Assembly (NCBI GenBank): GCA_026395995.1
Contig: JAPLXQ010000006.1
Span: 18,983 to 82,982, forward strand
Reading direction: 5' to 3'
Source: Candidatus Nomurabacteria bacterium
GTDB taxonomy: Bacteria > Patescibacteriota > Minisyncoccia > Phycocordibacterales > UBA9973
DNA length: 64,000 nt
Below the pieces are notes generated by a model. The model saw nothing but the letters and a program-made list of their open reading frames with translations, had not been told where the DNA came from and made no database searches. The position numbers and the translations under genes were made by a program. Of the stretch, positions 27,419 to 36,629 are shown piece by piece; the stretch's first letter is position 1, and each line of letters begins with the position of its first letter.

Positions 27419-28543
27419 ATGAATCCCGTTAGAAATATGAAAAAACAAAAAATAGATAGATTTTTTCTTGGAATAATAATCGCTTTAATTCTTGTCGGTA
27501 TAGCGATGTTTATTTCAGCTTCTTTGGGTCTATTAATGAGAAATCAGCATACTTTTTATTCTGTTTTAATTAGTCAGCTAGTATTTGGTCTTGGCCTCGG
27601 TGGCCTCGGTATATTTTTTTGCTTAAAAGTTCCAATTAAATTCTGGAGAAAAAATGCTTTTTATATTTTCCTTGGATCAATTATTTTAACAGCTATGGTT
27701 TTTGTCCCTCATTTAGGTTTTGTTCACGGTGGAGCAAGAAGATGGATATCTATACTCGGTTTTTCTTTTCAACCAAGTGAAATTTTAAAATTTTCTTTTG
27801 TTATTTATTTTTCAGCATGGCTTTCATGGGCCAAAAATAAGGTGCAAGATTTTAAATTTGGAATTTTACCATTAGGTGTAATGCTGGCTATTATTGCTGG
27901 TATTTTGTTAAAACAACCAGACACAAAAAGCTTTATTTTAATTACTATTACAGGTATCACAATGCTTTTTATCTCTGGAGTTCCTTGGAAATATATTATA
28001 GGAATAGGCCTAGCTTCCGTTTTACTCTTAGGAGGGCTCGTTATTTTTACTCCGTACTTGAGGGCCAGAGTGAATACTTTCATTCATCCTTCTCAAGATT
28101 CACAAGGATCTTCTTATCAACTTCAACAAAGCTTGATAGCCATAGGCTCAGGTGGAGTCTTTGGTAGAGGTTATGGTCAAAGTATTCAAAAATTTAGTTA
28201 TTTACCTGAACCACAAGGGGATTCTATTTTTGCTGTTGTTGGAGAAGAGCTTGGTTTTGTCGGCAGTGTCAGTATTATATTTCTATATGTACTTTTTGCT
28301 TTTCGAGGACTACGTATCGCCAATCGTAGCCCAGATCTTTTTGGTAGACTTTTGGTCTCGGGAATTGTTATACTTATCACAGCACAGTCATTCATGAACA
28401 TAGCTTCTATTATAGGTGTTTTTCCACTCACAGGTGTGCCATTAGTTTTCATGAGTCAAGGTGGAACTTCTTTTATGATAGATTTGATAGCTATAGGTAT
28501 AGTACTTCAAGTTTCCAAATTACAACGTGAGAATAATAATTAA
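27419..28543 (+). CDS. ftsW: SEDS-family peptidoglycan glycosyltransferase FtsW (RodA/FtsW family)
   Basis: FQPSEILKFSFVIYFSAWLS and PEPQGDSIFAVVGEELGFVGS, characteristic SEDS motifs. Positioned between mraY and murG. Confidence 0.8.
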   Translation: MNPVRNMKKQKIDRFFLGIIIALILVGIAMFISASLGLLMRNQHTFYSVLISQLVFGLGLGGLGIFFCLKVPIKFWRKNAFYIFLGSIILTAMVFVPHLGFVHGGARRWISILGFSFQPSEILKFSFVIYFSAWLSWAKNKVQDFKFGILPLGVMLAIIAGILLKQPDTKSFILITITGITMLFISGVPWKYIIGIGLASVLLLGGLVIFTPYLRARVNTFIHPSQDSQGSSYQLQQSLIAIGSGGVFGRGYGQSIQKFSYLPEPQGDSIFAVVGEELGFVGSVSIIFLYVLFAFRGLRIANRSPDLFGRLLVSGIVILITAQSFMNIASIIGVFPLTGVPLVFMSQGGTSFMIDLIAIGIVLQVSKLQRENNN

Positions 28544-28554
28544 TTAATAAAAAT

Positions 28555-29685
28555 ATGAAAATAGTTTTTACAGGTGGAGGTACTGGTGGACACTTTTATC
28601 CAATCATTGCTATTGCTCAAAGTGTTAACAAAATAATAGACAAAGAAAAAATATTACAAGCAAAATTGTATTATGTTTCTGATAGTCCTTACGACAAAGA
28701 GGCACTTTTTGAAAATGGATTAATTTATGAAGAAGTAAAGACTGGAAAAATGAGGACTTATTTTTCTATGAAAAATTTTTCTGATATGTTTAAAACATTT
28801 TTAGGAATTTTTTCTGCTCTTTATAAAATATATTCTATTTATCCAGATGTAGTTTTTGGTAAAGGTGGCTACGCTTCTTTTCCTACACTCGTCGCAGCGA
28901 GAATTTTAAGAATTCCTGTGATTATTCATGAGTCAGATTCTGCTCCAGGACGAGTAAATCTCTGGGCGGGAAAATTTGCAGAAAAAGTAGCAATATCTTT
29001 TCAAGAAGCAGGTCTTTATTTTCCAAAAGAAAAAACAGCTTGGACAGGTCAACCAATTCGCCAAGAAATACAACAGACAACCTCTAGAGATGAAGCTCTT
29101 CAGTATTGGAAACTTGAATCAAATATACCTGTACTTGTTATATTGGGTGGTTCACAAGGAGCAGAACTCATTAATAATGTCATTTTGGATGCATTACCTA
29201 GACTCGTAGAAAATTTTCAAGTTATCCATCAGACAGGGGTACGAAATTTCAAAATGGTAGATGATCGATCAGAAGTTATTCTAGCAAATAATCCAAATAA
29301 ATCTCGATATCAAAAAGTAGCTTTCTTAAATAATTTACAAATGAAAACATCTGCTGGTGTAGCTTCTATTATAGTCACACGTGCTGGTTCAGGATTATTT
29401 GAAATAGCGACTTGGGGCATTCCATCGATCTTGATTCCAATTACAAACACAAATATGGATCACCAAAAGAAAAATGCTTTCAATTATGCTCGTGCTGGAG
29501 CCTGTAGTGTAATAGAAGAGATGAATATGACTGCAAATATTCTAATGGCTGAAATAGAAAGAATTACTAGCGATAAAATTACATGGGCGAGAATGGCAGA
29601 AAGTGCTCGGACTTTCAACAAGACAGATGCTGCTGGTAAAATAGCTCAAGCTATTGTTGATATTGCTTTGAAACATGAAAAATAA
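28555..29685 (+). CDS. murG: UDP-N-acetylglucosamine--N-acetylmuramyl-(pentapeptide) pyrophosphoryl-undecaprenol N-acetylglucosamine transferase MurG
   Basis: MKIVFTGGGTGGHFYPIIAIAQ (the G-loop), the GT28 fold and the C-terminal GGSQGA motif. Confidence 0.88.
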   Translation: MKIVFTGGGTGGHFYPIIAIAQSVNKIIDKEKILQAKLYYVSDSPYDKEALFENGLIYEEVKTGKMRTYFSMKNFSDMFKTFLGIFSALYKIYSIYPDVVFGKGGYASFPTLVAARILRIPVIIHESDSAPGRVNLWAGKFAEKVAISFQEAGLYFPKEKTAWTGQPIRQEIQQTTSRDEALQYWKLESNIPVLVILGGSQGAELINNVILDALPRLVENFQVIHQTGVRNFKMVDDRSEVILANNPNKSRYQKVAFLNNLQMKTSAGVASIIVTRAGSGLFEIATWGIPSILIPITNTNMDHQKKNAFNYARAGACSVIEEMNMTANILMAEIERITSDKITWARMAESARTFNKTDAAGKIAQAIVDIALKHEK

Positions 29686-29724
29686 AAACTTTTAAAATAT
29701 AACAAAAAATGTTATATTATCTAA

Positions 29725-31062
29725 ATGTCAGAACAAAAAGTTATAACTAGATTTGCGCCGAGTCCTACTGGTAAATTCCATGTTGGAGGTATTCGATCTG
29801 CTCTTTATAATTATCTTTATGCGAGAAAACATAATGGTAAATTTATTTTACGTTGCGAAGATACTGATCCAGCTAGATCTAAAAAAGAATACGAGGATTA
29901 TTTTATAAATGTCTTCAAATGGCTTGGTTTAGAATATGATGAATTTTTTCGTCAGTCAGAACGCACAGAAATTTACAAAAAATATTTACATAAACTCTTA
30001 GAAGAAGATAAAATTTATATTTCAAAAGAAGAAATAAAAGAAGAGGGTCAAAGAAGCGAAGTTATTCGTTTTAGAAATCCAAATAAGATTGTCACTTTTC
30101 ACGATGAAGTTTTAGGAGATCTATCTTTCAATACCACAGAGCTTGGTGACTTTATTATTGCTCGTGATATTGAAAGCCCTCTTTATCACTTCACTGTTGT
30201 TGTAGATGATTTCGAAATGAATATCACCCATATTATTAGAGGGCAAGAGCATGTCTCAAATACACCAAGACAAATCCTTATTCAAGAAGCCATTGGTGCT
30301 CCACGACCTATTTACGCCCATGGTTCCGTTATTTTAAACGAAGAAAGAGCTAAGCTTTCAAAACGTGACCCATTAGTTCGTCCATCACTTGAATACAAAG
30401 ATGAAGGCTATTTACCAGAAGGACTACTGAACTTTATGGCTTTTTTAGGCTGGAACCCAGGAGGAGAAAAGGAAATCTATACATTAAAAGAATTAATTAA
30501 TGCTTTTTCTTTAGAAAGAATGCAGAAACCAGGTGCAATATTTAATCCTGAAAAATTAGAATGGTTCAACAAAGAACATCTAAAATTATTACCAAAAGAA
30601 AAACAATTAGAATATATTTTTGAATTTATTCCAGAAAACATAAAAAGTCTTCCAAATTATTCAAAAGAAAAAATTGAAAATATGTTAAATATTTTAATTG
30701 AAAGAATTACTCATTTTGGGCAAATTAAAGAGAATTTTGAAACAGGGGAGTATAATTTCGTCTTTTCACAACCAGAATATGATAAAACAAAATTATTATA
30801 TAAAACCTCTACAGTAGAACAAAAAAACGAAAATATAAATAAGACCATATCAGCTTTGCAAGAAATATTAGAAAGTAATTTCACAAAAGAAAATGTGAAA
30901 GAATCCTTAATGAAGATAGCAGATTCATTACCTAGTCGTGGAGAATTATTGCACCCAGTTCGTTTTTCTCTTTCAGGAATGGATAAATCACCAGATCCTT
31001 TTATTATTGCTGAAATTTTAGGAAAAAATGAAACAATATCTAGATTACAAAAAGCTTTATAA
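29725..31062 (+). CDS. gltX: Glutamyl-tRNA synthetase (catalytic-core form, 445 aa)
   Basis: ITRFAPSPTGKFHVGGIRSALYNYLYA (HIGH-type) and AKLSKRDP (KMSKS). Confidence 0.88.
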   Translation: MSEQKVITRFAPSPTGKFHVGGIRSALYNYLYARKHNGKFILRCEDTDPARSKKEYEDYFINVFKWLGLEYDEFFRQSERTEIYKKYLHKLLEEDKIYISKEEIKEEGQRSEVIRFRNPNKIVTFHDEVLGDLSFNTTELGDFIIARDIESPLYHFTVVVDDFEMNITHIIRGQEHVSNTPRQILIQEAIGAPRPIYAHGSVILNEERAKLSKRDPLVRPSLEYKDEGYLPEGLLNFMAFLGWNPGGEKEIYTLKELINAFSLERMQKPGAIFNPEKLEWFNKEHLKLLPKEKQLEYIFEFIPENIKSLPNYSKEKIENMLNILIERITHFGQIKENFETGEYNFVFSQPEYDKTKLLYKTSTVEQKNENINKTISALQEILESNFTKENVKESLMKIADSLPSRGELLHPVRFSLSGMDKSPDPFIIAEILGKNETISRLQKAL

Positions 31063-32329
31063 TTTAATATTCAGCTTTGTCATTTTAGGTTTTTTTCTAT
31101 TCAATTATCCTCCTTCAATACATGCTCAAACAGTAGAAAGTCTACAAAACCAAATAAATCAAAGGAATAATGACATTGCTAATTTGGAAAAAGAAATTGC
31201 TTCTTACAATTCTCAATTAAATGACCTTGGTCAACAAAAGAGTTCTTTAAATACATCTTTAAAGCAATTAGACTTAACTAGAAAAGAACTAACAGCTAAT
31301 ATTTCTCTGACTAGTAAAAAAATTGAAAATACAAATAACAAAATAAGTAACTTAAGTTCACAAATAAATGACAAACAAAGCTCTATTTCAAATGACGTAG
31401 CATCAATAATGCTTGAATTAAAAAAAGTAAATGAATTTGAACTGAATTCAAATTTAGAAATAATTTTATCAGAGACTGATTTTACAAAAATTTGGAATGA
31501 TATCGATAATATAAGTTCAGTTCAACAAAAGATTAGAGCAAAGATATCTGAATTAAAAAAAATAAAAGGAGATTTAGAAGATACAAAAAAAGTCACAACT
31601 AATGCACGCAATGAATTAGTCGCCTTAAAAGCAAAACTTGCTGACCAGAAAAAAATAGTTGACCAAAACACAAAAGAAAAAAATAAATTATTATCTGAAA
31701 CCAAAAACAATGAAGCAAATTATCAAAAACTTTTGAAAGATAGGTTAGCTAAAAAAGATGCTTTTGAAGCTGAGATACGTAACTATGAATCACAATTAAA
31801 GTTTATTTTAGATCCAAATAAACTTCCAGGACAAGGAGTTCTTTCTTGGCCACTAGATTATATTTATGTAACACAACTTTTTGGTAAAACTGAAGCAGGG
31901 AAGCGATTGTATGCAAATGGTACTCATAATGGTACAGATTTTCGTGCACCAGTCGGTACACCAGTCAAAGCTATGGCTGATGGTATAATCGCTGGTACTA
32001 ATGATACTGATTTGCAATGCCGAGGAGTTTCTTTTGGGAAATTAATACTCATAAAATATGATAATGGTTTAGCTAGTACTTATGGTCACCTTTCTTTGAT
32101 AAAAGTTAATGTTGGTCAAAGAGTCGCTCGAGGTGAAATAGTCGGCTACAGTGGCAATACAGGCTATTCTACAGGTCCACATTTGCATTTATCAGTCTAC
32201 GCTAAAGATGCTGTAAATATGAAAACTTTACCTAGTAAATCTTGCCCTGGAAAATCTTTAACTCAACCAATCTCAGCCATCAATGCTTATTTAGATCCAA
32301 TGTATTATCTACCTCCTTATAAGAAATAA
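31028..32329 (+). CDS. Secreted coiled-coil M23 metallopeptidase (EnvC/NlpD-like peptidoglycan DD-endopeptidase)
   Basis: Signal peptide; ~250 aa heptad-rich region (NLEKEIASYNSQLNDL...); C-terminal M23 motifs HNGTDFRAPVGTPVKAMADGII and GPHLHLSVY. Overlaps the gltX 3' end by 35 nt. Confidence 0.85.
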   Translation: MKQYLDYKKLYNLIFSFVILGFFLFNYPPSIHAQTVESLQNQINQRNNDIANLEKEIASYNSQLNDLGQQKSSLNTSLKQLDLTRKELTANISLTSKKIENTNNKISNLSSQINDKQSSISNDVASIMLELKKVNEFELNSNLEIILSETDFTKIWNDIDNISSVQQKIRAKISELKKIKGDLEDTKKVTTNARNELVALKAKLADQKKIVDQNTKEKNKLLSETKNNEANYQKLLKDRLAKKDAFEAEIRNYESQLKFILDPNKLPGQGVLSWPLDYIYVTQLFGKTEAGKRLYANGTHNGTDFRAPVGTPVKAMADGIIAGTNDTDLQCRGVSFGKLILIKYDNGLASTYGHLSLIKVNVGQRVARGEIVGYSGNTGYSTGPHLHLSVYAKDAVNMKTLPSKSCPGKSLTQPISAINAYLDPMYYLPPYKK

Positions 32330-32368
32330 TTTGCCTTGTTTTTAATAAATATGGTAAAATAAAGATAT

Positions 32369-32503
32369 ATGAAAAATAAACAAGGTGGTTTCCTTCAATT
32401 AATAATATTTATCGTGGTCATAGTATTTTTGATGCATTACTTTGGTCTTACTCTCACAGGAATTTTCAACTGGTTTGCTACTATGTTTCATAGTATTATC
32501 TAA
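32369..32503 (+). CDS. 44-aa single-TM peptide MKNKQGGFLQLIIFIVVIVFLMHYFGLTLTGIFNWFATMFHSII, first member of a 3-copy small-peptide family; absent from the ORF track
   Basis: Hand translation. The N-terminus MK[NKR]K-Q-x-GG plus hydrophobic helix is shared with the 32516 and 33482 ORFs. Confidence 0.35.
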   Translation: MKNKQGGFLQLIIFIVVIVFLMHYFGLTLTGIFNWFATMFHSII

Positions 32504-32515
32504 ATATATAATTTA

Positions 32516-32818
32516 ATGAAAAAAAAATATCAAAATGGTGCAGTCAGTATACTCGGTGCAATCATATTAGCTATTTTTATTTTTGTTATTTTAAGAGAAT
32601 ATTTTAATATAGACCTACAGGCAATCTTTATAAATGATCAAGTCATAAATACTTATCATCAAATTCAAACATCTCTATTAAGTTTTTGGCAGCACTATCT
32701 ACAAAACCCAGTTTCATATTTTTGGCATGCATTTTTAGATAACATGCAACGTATCCATGATGGTCAACCCACAGTATTTACCACTGCAGGACAAAATCTA
32801 ACAATACCATTACACTAA
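32516..32818 (+). CDS. Small membrane protein, paralogue 2 (100 aa) with conserved C-terminal motif YFWHAFLDNMQRIHDGQP
   Basis: MKKKYQNGAVSILGAIILAIFIFVIL N-terminus. The C-terminal motif is nearly identical to that of the 33482 ORF (YFWHSFVSNMQRMHNGQP). Confidence 0.5.
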   Translation: MKKKYQNGAVSILGAIILAIFIFVILREYFNIDLQAIFINDQVINTYHQIQTSLLSFWQHYLQNPVSYFWHAFLDNMQRIHDGQPTVFTTAGQNLTIPLH

Positions 32819-32820
32819 AA

Positions 32821-33438
32821 ATGATTTTTACAAAGAAAGAGTTAATTCTATTTAAAAAATTAAATACACCAGAAAAAATACAAGATTTTTTGAATTCGAT
32901 TCCTTTTAATTTTGAAAAAAATGGTATTGATACTATCAAATCACCACTTGAAACCTTACATAAATGGAATGCTCATTGTTTTGAAGGAGCATTACTTGGT
33001 GCTTATATATTGTCTTTGCATGGTCATAAACCATTACTTTTGTATCTTCAGTCTACAAAAGATACAAAAAACTATGACAGTGATCATGTTATAGCTCCAT
33101 TCAAAGAAAATGGCTATTGGGGTGCTTTATCAAAAACAAATCATGGAATTTTACGATATCGTGAACCAATTTATAAAAACATTCGTGAACTTGTAATGTC
33201 CTATTTCCATGAATATTTTTTAGATGACGGTACAAAAACTCTCCGTAAATATTCAGATGTTTTAGATTTAAATAAATTAAAAATAAATTGGCAAAATAGT
33301 GAAGATGATTTATGGATAATCGATAGGGAATTGGATAAAATAAAACATTACAATATCCTACCTAAAAAATTTAAAAAACTACGTAAGGCTGACAAAATAG
33401 AAATAGCTACTGGTAAACTAATCGAATGGGTTAAATAA
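32821..33438 (+). CDS. Transglutaminase-like / papain-fold cysteine peptidase-family protein (putative)
   Basis: SPLETLHKWNAHCFEGALLGAYILSLHGHKPLLLY fits the G-x-C-x-x-F/A ... catalytic-Cys region of transglutaminase-like proteases. Downstream DHVIAPFKENGYW supplies the His, followed by Asp-rich segments. Confidence 0.45.
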   Translation: MIFTKKELILFKKLNTPEKIQDFLNSIPFNFEKNGIDTIKSPLETLHKWNAHCFEGALLGAYILSLHGHKPLLLYLQSTKDTKNYDSDHVIAPFKENGYWGALSKTNHGILRYREPIYKNIRELVMSYFHEYFLDDGTKTLRKYSDVLDLNKLKINWQNSEDDLWIIDRELDKIKHYNILPKKFKKLRKADKIEIATGKLIEWVK

Positions 33439-33481
33439 AAAATATTTGATAAATACTAAAATATATTCTATTATAGACAAC

Positions 33482-33682
33482 ATGAAAAGGAAACAGACAA
33501 ATGGTGGCTACATAAGCCAAATAGTATCTATAATCGTATTAATTTTAATTATTATATTTCTTTCAAGAAATTCTACAGTTAAATATTTTTGGCACTCATT
33601 CGTTAGCAATATGCAACGCATGCATAATGGCCAACCAAATGACTGGCAACTCGCTGCACCAATCATTCCATTTAATCGTTAG
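33482..33682 (+). CDS. Small membrane protein, paralogue 3 (start trimmed to MKRKQTNGGYISQIV...), same family as the 32516 ORF
   Basis: N-terminal charged head + TM helix and the C-terminal YFWHSFVSNMQRMHNGQP motif shared with 32516..32818. Confidence 0.5.
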   Translation: MKRKQTNGGYISQIVSIIVLILIIIFLSRNSTVKYFWHSFVSNMQRMHNGQPNDWQLAAPIIPFNR

Positions 33683-33690
33683 CACTAAAA

Positions 33691-33769
33691 CAGCTTATTT
33701 AGCGATATCTTGATGTTGCTAAATAAGCTGAATCTTTTGGGTATGGTTCTAAGTAACCATACCCAAAAG
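33691..33769. terminator. Twin perfect hairpins between convergent genes: CAGCTTATTTAGC/GCTAAATAAGCTG (13 bp) and CTTTTGGGTATGGTT/AACCATACCCAAAAG (15 bp)
   Basis: Both inverted repeats are perfect and were read directly. They lie between the 33482 (+) and 33796 (-) genes, one serving each direction. Confidence 0.6.
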
Positions 33770-33795
33770 ATATATTGTGCGACGTAGTCCTATTA

Positions 33796-34218
33796 TTAAT
33801 GACAGCTACTAGAAAGCTCATAACCAGCACTTTGAGCCTCTTCCCCTGTGCTAAAATATATTTTATTTGATTCCTTAATAGTCTTACCAGCAGAACAACC
33901 GACTGGATAATACTTCTTCCCTTTACTAGATGCAAAAAAGTTTCCAGATTTATTAGAATTATTTATATCTGTATTTGAAGTGCTTTTCTGAGCTATATTT
34001 AGCTCATTTTTGCTATTTTGAGCACTTTCTAGACCATTTAGAGCATTTGCCTGATTTGAGCTATTTTCGACCTTAAATTGACCATTTTGACCTTGTATTG
34101 ATAGTCTACCTAGCATAAATGAGCCTAAGCCAACTAAAATGACAATTAAAATAATTAGGATGTCTTTTCCCTTTTCACTTAATATTTTCTCCTCAATAAA
34201 ATACTTGATTTTTTCCAT
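33796..34218 (-). CDS. Membrane-anchored protein with a low-complexity linker and a small C-terminal Cys-containing domain (KYYPVGCSAGKTIKESNKIYFSTGEEAQSAGYELSSSC)
   Basis: N-terminal TM (ILIILIVILVGLGSFMLG); Asn/Ser/Gln-rich linker; C-terminal motif Y-x-x-x-G-C ... I-x-x-x-N ... F-x-S-x-x-x-A-x-x-x-G-Y ... C. Confidence 0.4.
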   Translation of the reverse strand: MEKIKYFIEEKILSEKGKDILIILIVILVGLGSFMLGRLSIQGQNGQFKVENSSNQANALNGLESAQNSKNELNIAQKSTSNTDINNSNKSGNFFASSKGKKYYPVGCSAGKTIKESNKIYFSTGEEAQSAGYELSSSCH

Positions 34219-34286
34219 AGGATGGTTTATACTCTACATATCTTAATTATATAAGGTTTTTAATAAAAATAAAGTAATATAAATAT

Positions 34287-34559
34287 ATGGCACATAGAAA
34301 AGCCGGCGGAACAGCCTCCAACTTAAAAGACTCAAATCCACAGTACTTAGGTACGAAGCTTTATGATGGTGAAAAAGCTCAAGCTGGTTCTATTATCATC
34401 CGTCAGAGAGGTACAGTAATCTTAGCTGGTACAAATGTCTCTACAGGAAAAGATCATACCCTATTCGCACTCAAAGATGGTACAGTAAAATTCAGTACAC
34501 GACGCAAAACTTCTTTCAACGGAAAAACTGCAGTCAAGAAAGTAGTGAACGTAATCTAA
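34287..34559 (+). CDS. rpmA: 50S ribosomal protein L27
   Basis: [61 protein letters not shown] is a canonical bL27. Confidence 0.9.
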   Translation: MAHRKAGGTASNLKDSNPQYLGTKLYDGEKAQAGSIIIRQRGTVILAGTNVSTGKDHTLFALKDGTVKFSTRRKTSFNGKTAVKKVVNVI

Positions 34560-34573
34560 ATAAAACACAAATA

Positions 34574-34607
34574 AAAAAGTCCCGATTAATTTCGGGACTT
34601 TTTGTTT
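34574..34607. terminator. Bidirectional terminator AAAAAGTCCCGA ttaatt TCGGGACTTTTT
   Basis: Perfect stem with A-run on one side and T-run on the other, between rpmA (+) and rplI (-). Confidence 0.75.
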
Positions 34608-35050
34608 TATGCTTTTGTAATTACTACTTTAAAACTAGACTTGTGATGTTTTATTTCTACAGGAATTTCAAACTCCCCTATCTCCTTTATTGGTTTTTCG
34701 AGAATTATAAAATCTTCTAAAATTTCTGCTTTATGATTTGTCTTTAAAGCTTCAATAATTTCTTTTTTATGAATTGAAGAAAATAGATGTCCTTTTTCAT
34801 TGGCTTTACCAGAAATATTTACAACCTTGTCTTTCAATTCAGCCAAACTCTTTAATATCAATTCTTCTTGAACTTTATTGTCCAATAATACAGCATTTTT
34901 CTTTGCTTCCAGTTGAGCCAAGGCTTGAGGTGTAGCTGGGGCAGCCAATTTTTTTGGAAATAGAAAATTACTAGCATAGCCATCATTTACATCTTTGACA
35001 TCGTTTCTGCGACCGACTCTTGGTACATCTTTTAAAAAAATTACTTTCAT
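34607..35050 (-). CDS. rplI: 50S ribosomal protein L9
   Basis: MKVIFLKDVPRVGRRNDVKDVNDGYASNFLFPKKLA is a canonical bL9 N-domain. Confidence 0.88.
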   Translation of the reverse strand: MKVIFLKDVPRVGRRNDVKDVNDGYASNFLFPKKLAAPATPQALAQLEAKKNAVLLDNKVQEELILKSLAELKDKVVNISGKANEKGHLFSSIHKKEIIEALKTNHKAEILEDFIILEKPIKEIGEFEIPVEIKHHKSSFKVVITKA

Positions 35051-35057
35051 ATATTTA

Positions 35058-36299
35058 TTATTCTTTATTTGCTACCTGTATAGGTGTCCAATTATTTAAT
35101 AAATCAACCGCTTTGTTCATTTGTGGATCTTTTTTTTCTAAAATATCTTTACTGGTCATCGGGACAATAAAATCTGGGGTAAGACCTTTGAGTGATATTG
35201 AAGTTCCTTTTGGTGTCAGCCATTTAGCTATCGTAACCTTTAAAATTGTATCGGGTGTAATATCTACTACTTCTTGCACAGAACCTTTTCCATAACTCTG
35301 CTCCCCTACCAATTTTGCTCTATTGTTATCTTGCATTGCACCTGCAAAAATTTCAGAAGCAGAAGCAGAGCCACTATCGATCAAGACCACAAATCTCAAT
35401 TTATCATTAAAAGCATTGAAACCTTTACTCATGTAAATATTTGGTTCTTTACTTCCACCATAGTCTTCAGTTACAACTTTTTCACTAGATGGCAAAAAGA
35501 AACTCGCCATATCTATCGCAGAATCCAAGTATCCGCCAGGATTACCTCGTAAATCAAAAACCAATTTATAACTTCCTGAATCAGCGAATTTTTTCAAAGC
35601 ATCACGGAAAAGATTAGAAGAATTTGCCGAAAAACTATATAAGGTAATAACAAATATTCCATCTTTACGGAGATTTGTCTCTATCGTCGGAGTATTGATA
35701 ATATCACGTATTATTTTTATTTCTCTTGGTTCTTTTTCACCATCACGAAAGATTGTGACACTGACAGTAGTACCTTTTTCTCCACGAATCAACTTGATAG
35801 CTTGTTCGATAGTGAGGTCAGTAGTTATTTTTTTATCTATTTTTAAGATCTTATCACCAGCTTTGATTCCCGCTTTGTAAGCTGGAGTGTCTTTGAGTGG
35901 TGCAATAACAGTCAATATTTTATTTTTTATTCCTACTTCCATTCCAACACCAGAAAATGTTCCAGCGATATCATCTTCAAATATCTTTGCCTCAGTTGGA
36001 TTAAAAAAAGTACTATACGGATCACCTAGTGAATCAGTCAATCCTTTTATCGCACCATAGACCTTATCTTGATCAGAAACTTTATTTGCATCAGGATATT
36101 TTTCATTAATAGTATTCCAGACTTTCCAAAAAGGTGCAAAATCTGCTTTTGTATTTACTTGGATATTTTTATTATTTACATCTACCTTATCTACTTCTGG
36201 TAAATTTCTATGACCAATAAAAATACCAAAGAAAAAAACTCCAAAAATAATCAGGATTGTGTATGGATTCTGTTTTTGATTAAAAAATTTTTTTATCAT
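35058..36299 (-). CDS. ctpA: Carboxyl-terminal processing protease (S41 family, CtpA/Prc-like) with PDZ domain
   Basis: N-terminal TM/signal; PDZ (GVGMEVG..., KAGDKILKIDKK); S41 motifs DLRGNPGGYLDSA and LIDSGSASASEIFAGAMQD (catalytic Ser/Lys). Confidence 0.85.
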   Translation of the reverse strand: MIKKFFNQKQNPYTILIIFGVFFFGIFIGHRNLPEVDKVDVNNKNIQVNTKADFAPFWKVWNTINEKYPDANKVSDQDKVYGAIKGLTDSLGDPYSTFFNPTEAKIFEDDIAGTFSGVGMEVGIKNKILTVIAPLKDTPAYKAGIKAGDKILKIDKKITTDLTIEQAIKLIRGEKGTTVSVTIFRDGEKEPREIKIIRDIINTPTIETNLRKDGIFVITLYSFSANSSNLFRDALKKFADSGSYKLVFDLRGNPGGYLDSAIDMASFFLPSSEKVVTEDYGGSKEPNIYMSKGFNAFNDKLRFVVLIDSGSASASEIFAGAMQDNNRAKLVGEQSYGKGSVQEVVDITPDTILKVTIAKWLTPKGTSISLKGLTPDFIVPMTSKDILEKKDPQMNKAVDLLNNWTPIQVANKE

Positions 36300-36302
36300 T
36301 TA

Positions 36303-36542
36303 TTAAATTCTTGGCTTAGAATTATTTTGAGTAAAATCTTCATCTTCAGAAGAAGTATCAAAATTGGCTGATTTTACGTTTTCTACATCAATCTTTTCCT
36401 TTTTATAAATAAGATAGGCAAAATACATAATACCAAGACCTGTCAAAGTAAAAAGAGTCTGCTTCCAACTATATGGAAAACCTAAATATGGCAATATCGC
36501 CACCCAAATACCAATAATTAAAAATATTCGTGCTTTTTTCAT
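36303..36542 (-). CDS. Small two-TM membrane protein (hypothetical), start trimmed to MKKARIF
   Basis: Two hydrophobic helices plus an acidic tail. Confidence 0.35.
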   Translation of the reverse strand: MKKARIFLIIGIWVAILPYLGFPYSWKQTLFTLTGLGIMYFAYLIYKKEKIDVENVKSANFDTSSEDEDFTQNNSKPRI

Positions 36543-36580
36543 TCCCCTATTATACCTTAAAAGTACTAAAGTATGCAATA

Positions 36581-36610
36581 AAAAATCCCCTCAAATTTGA
36601 GGGGATTTTT
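36581..36610. terminator. Bidirectional terminator AAAAATCCCCTCAAATTTGAGGGGATTTTT
   Basis: Perfect 10-bp stem flanked by A5 and T5, read directly. Confidence 0.75.
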
Positions 36611-36629
36611 CAATAAGAAATAAAAATAA

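Noticed and set aside
32821-33438. Lasso-peptide interpretation (transglutaminase-like B2 protease + small peptides) of the 32.4-33.7 kb cluster
   Set aside because: There is no asparagine-synthetase-like lactam synthetase (C protein) and no RRE adjacent. The peptides have TM helices rather than lasso-type cores.
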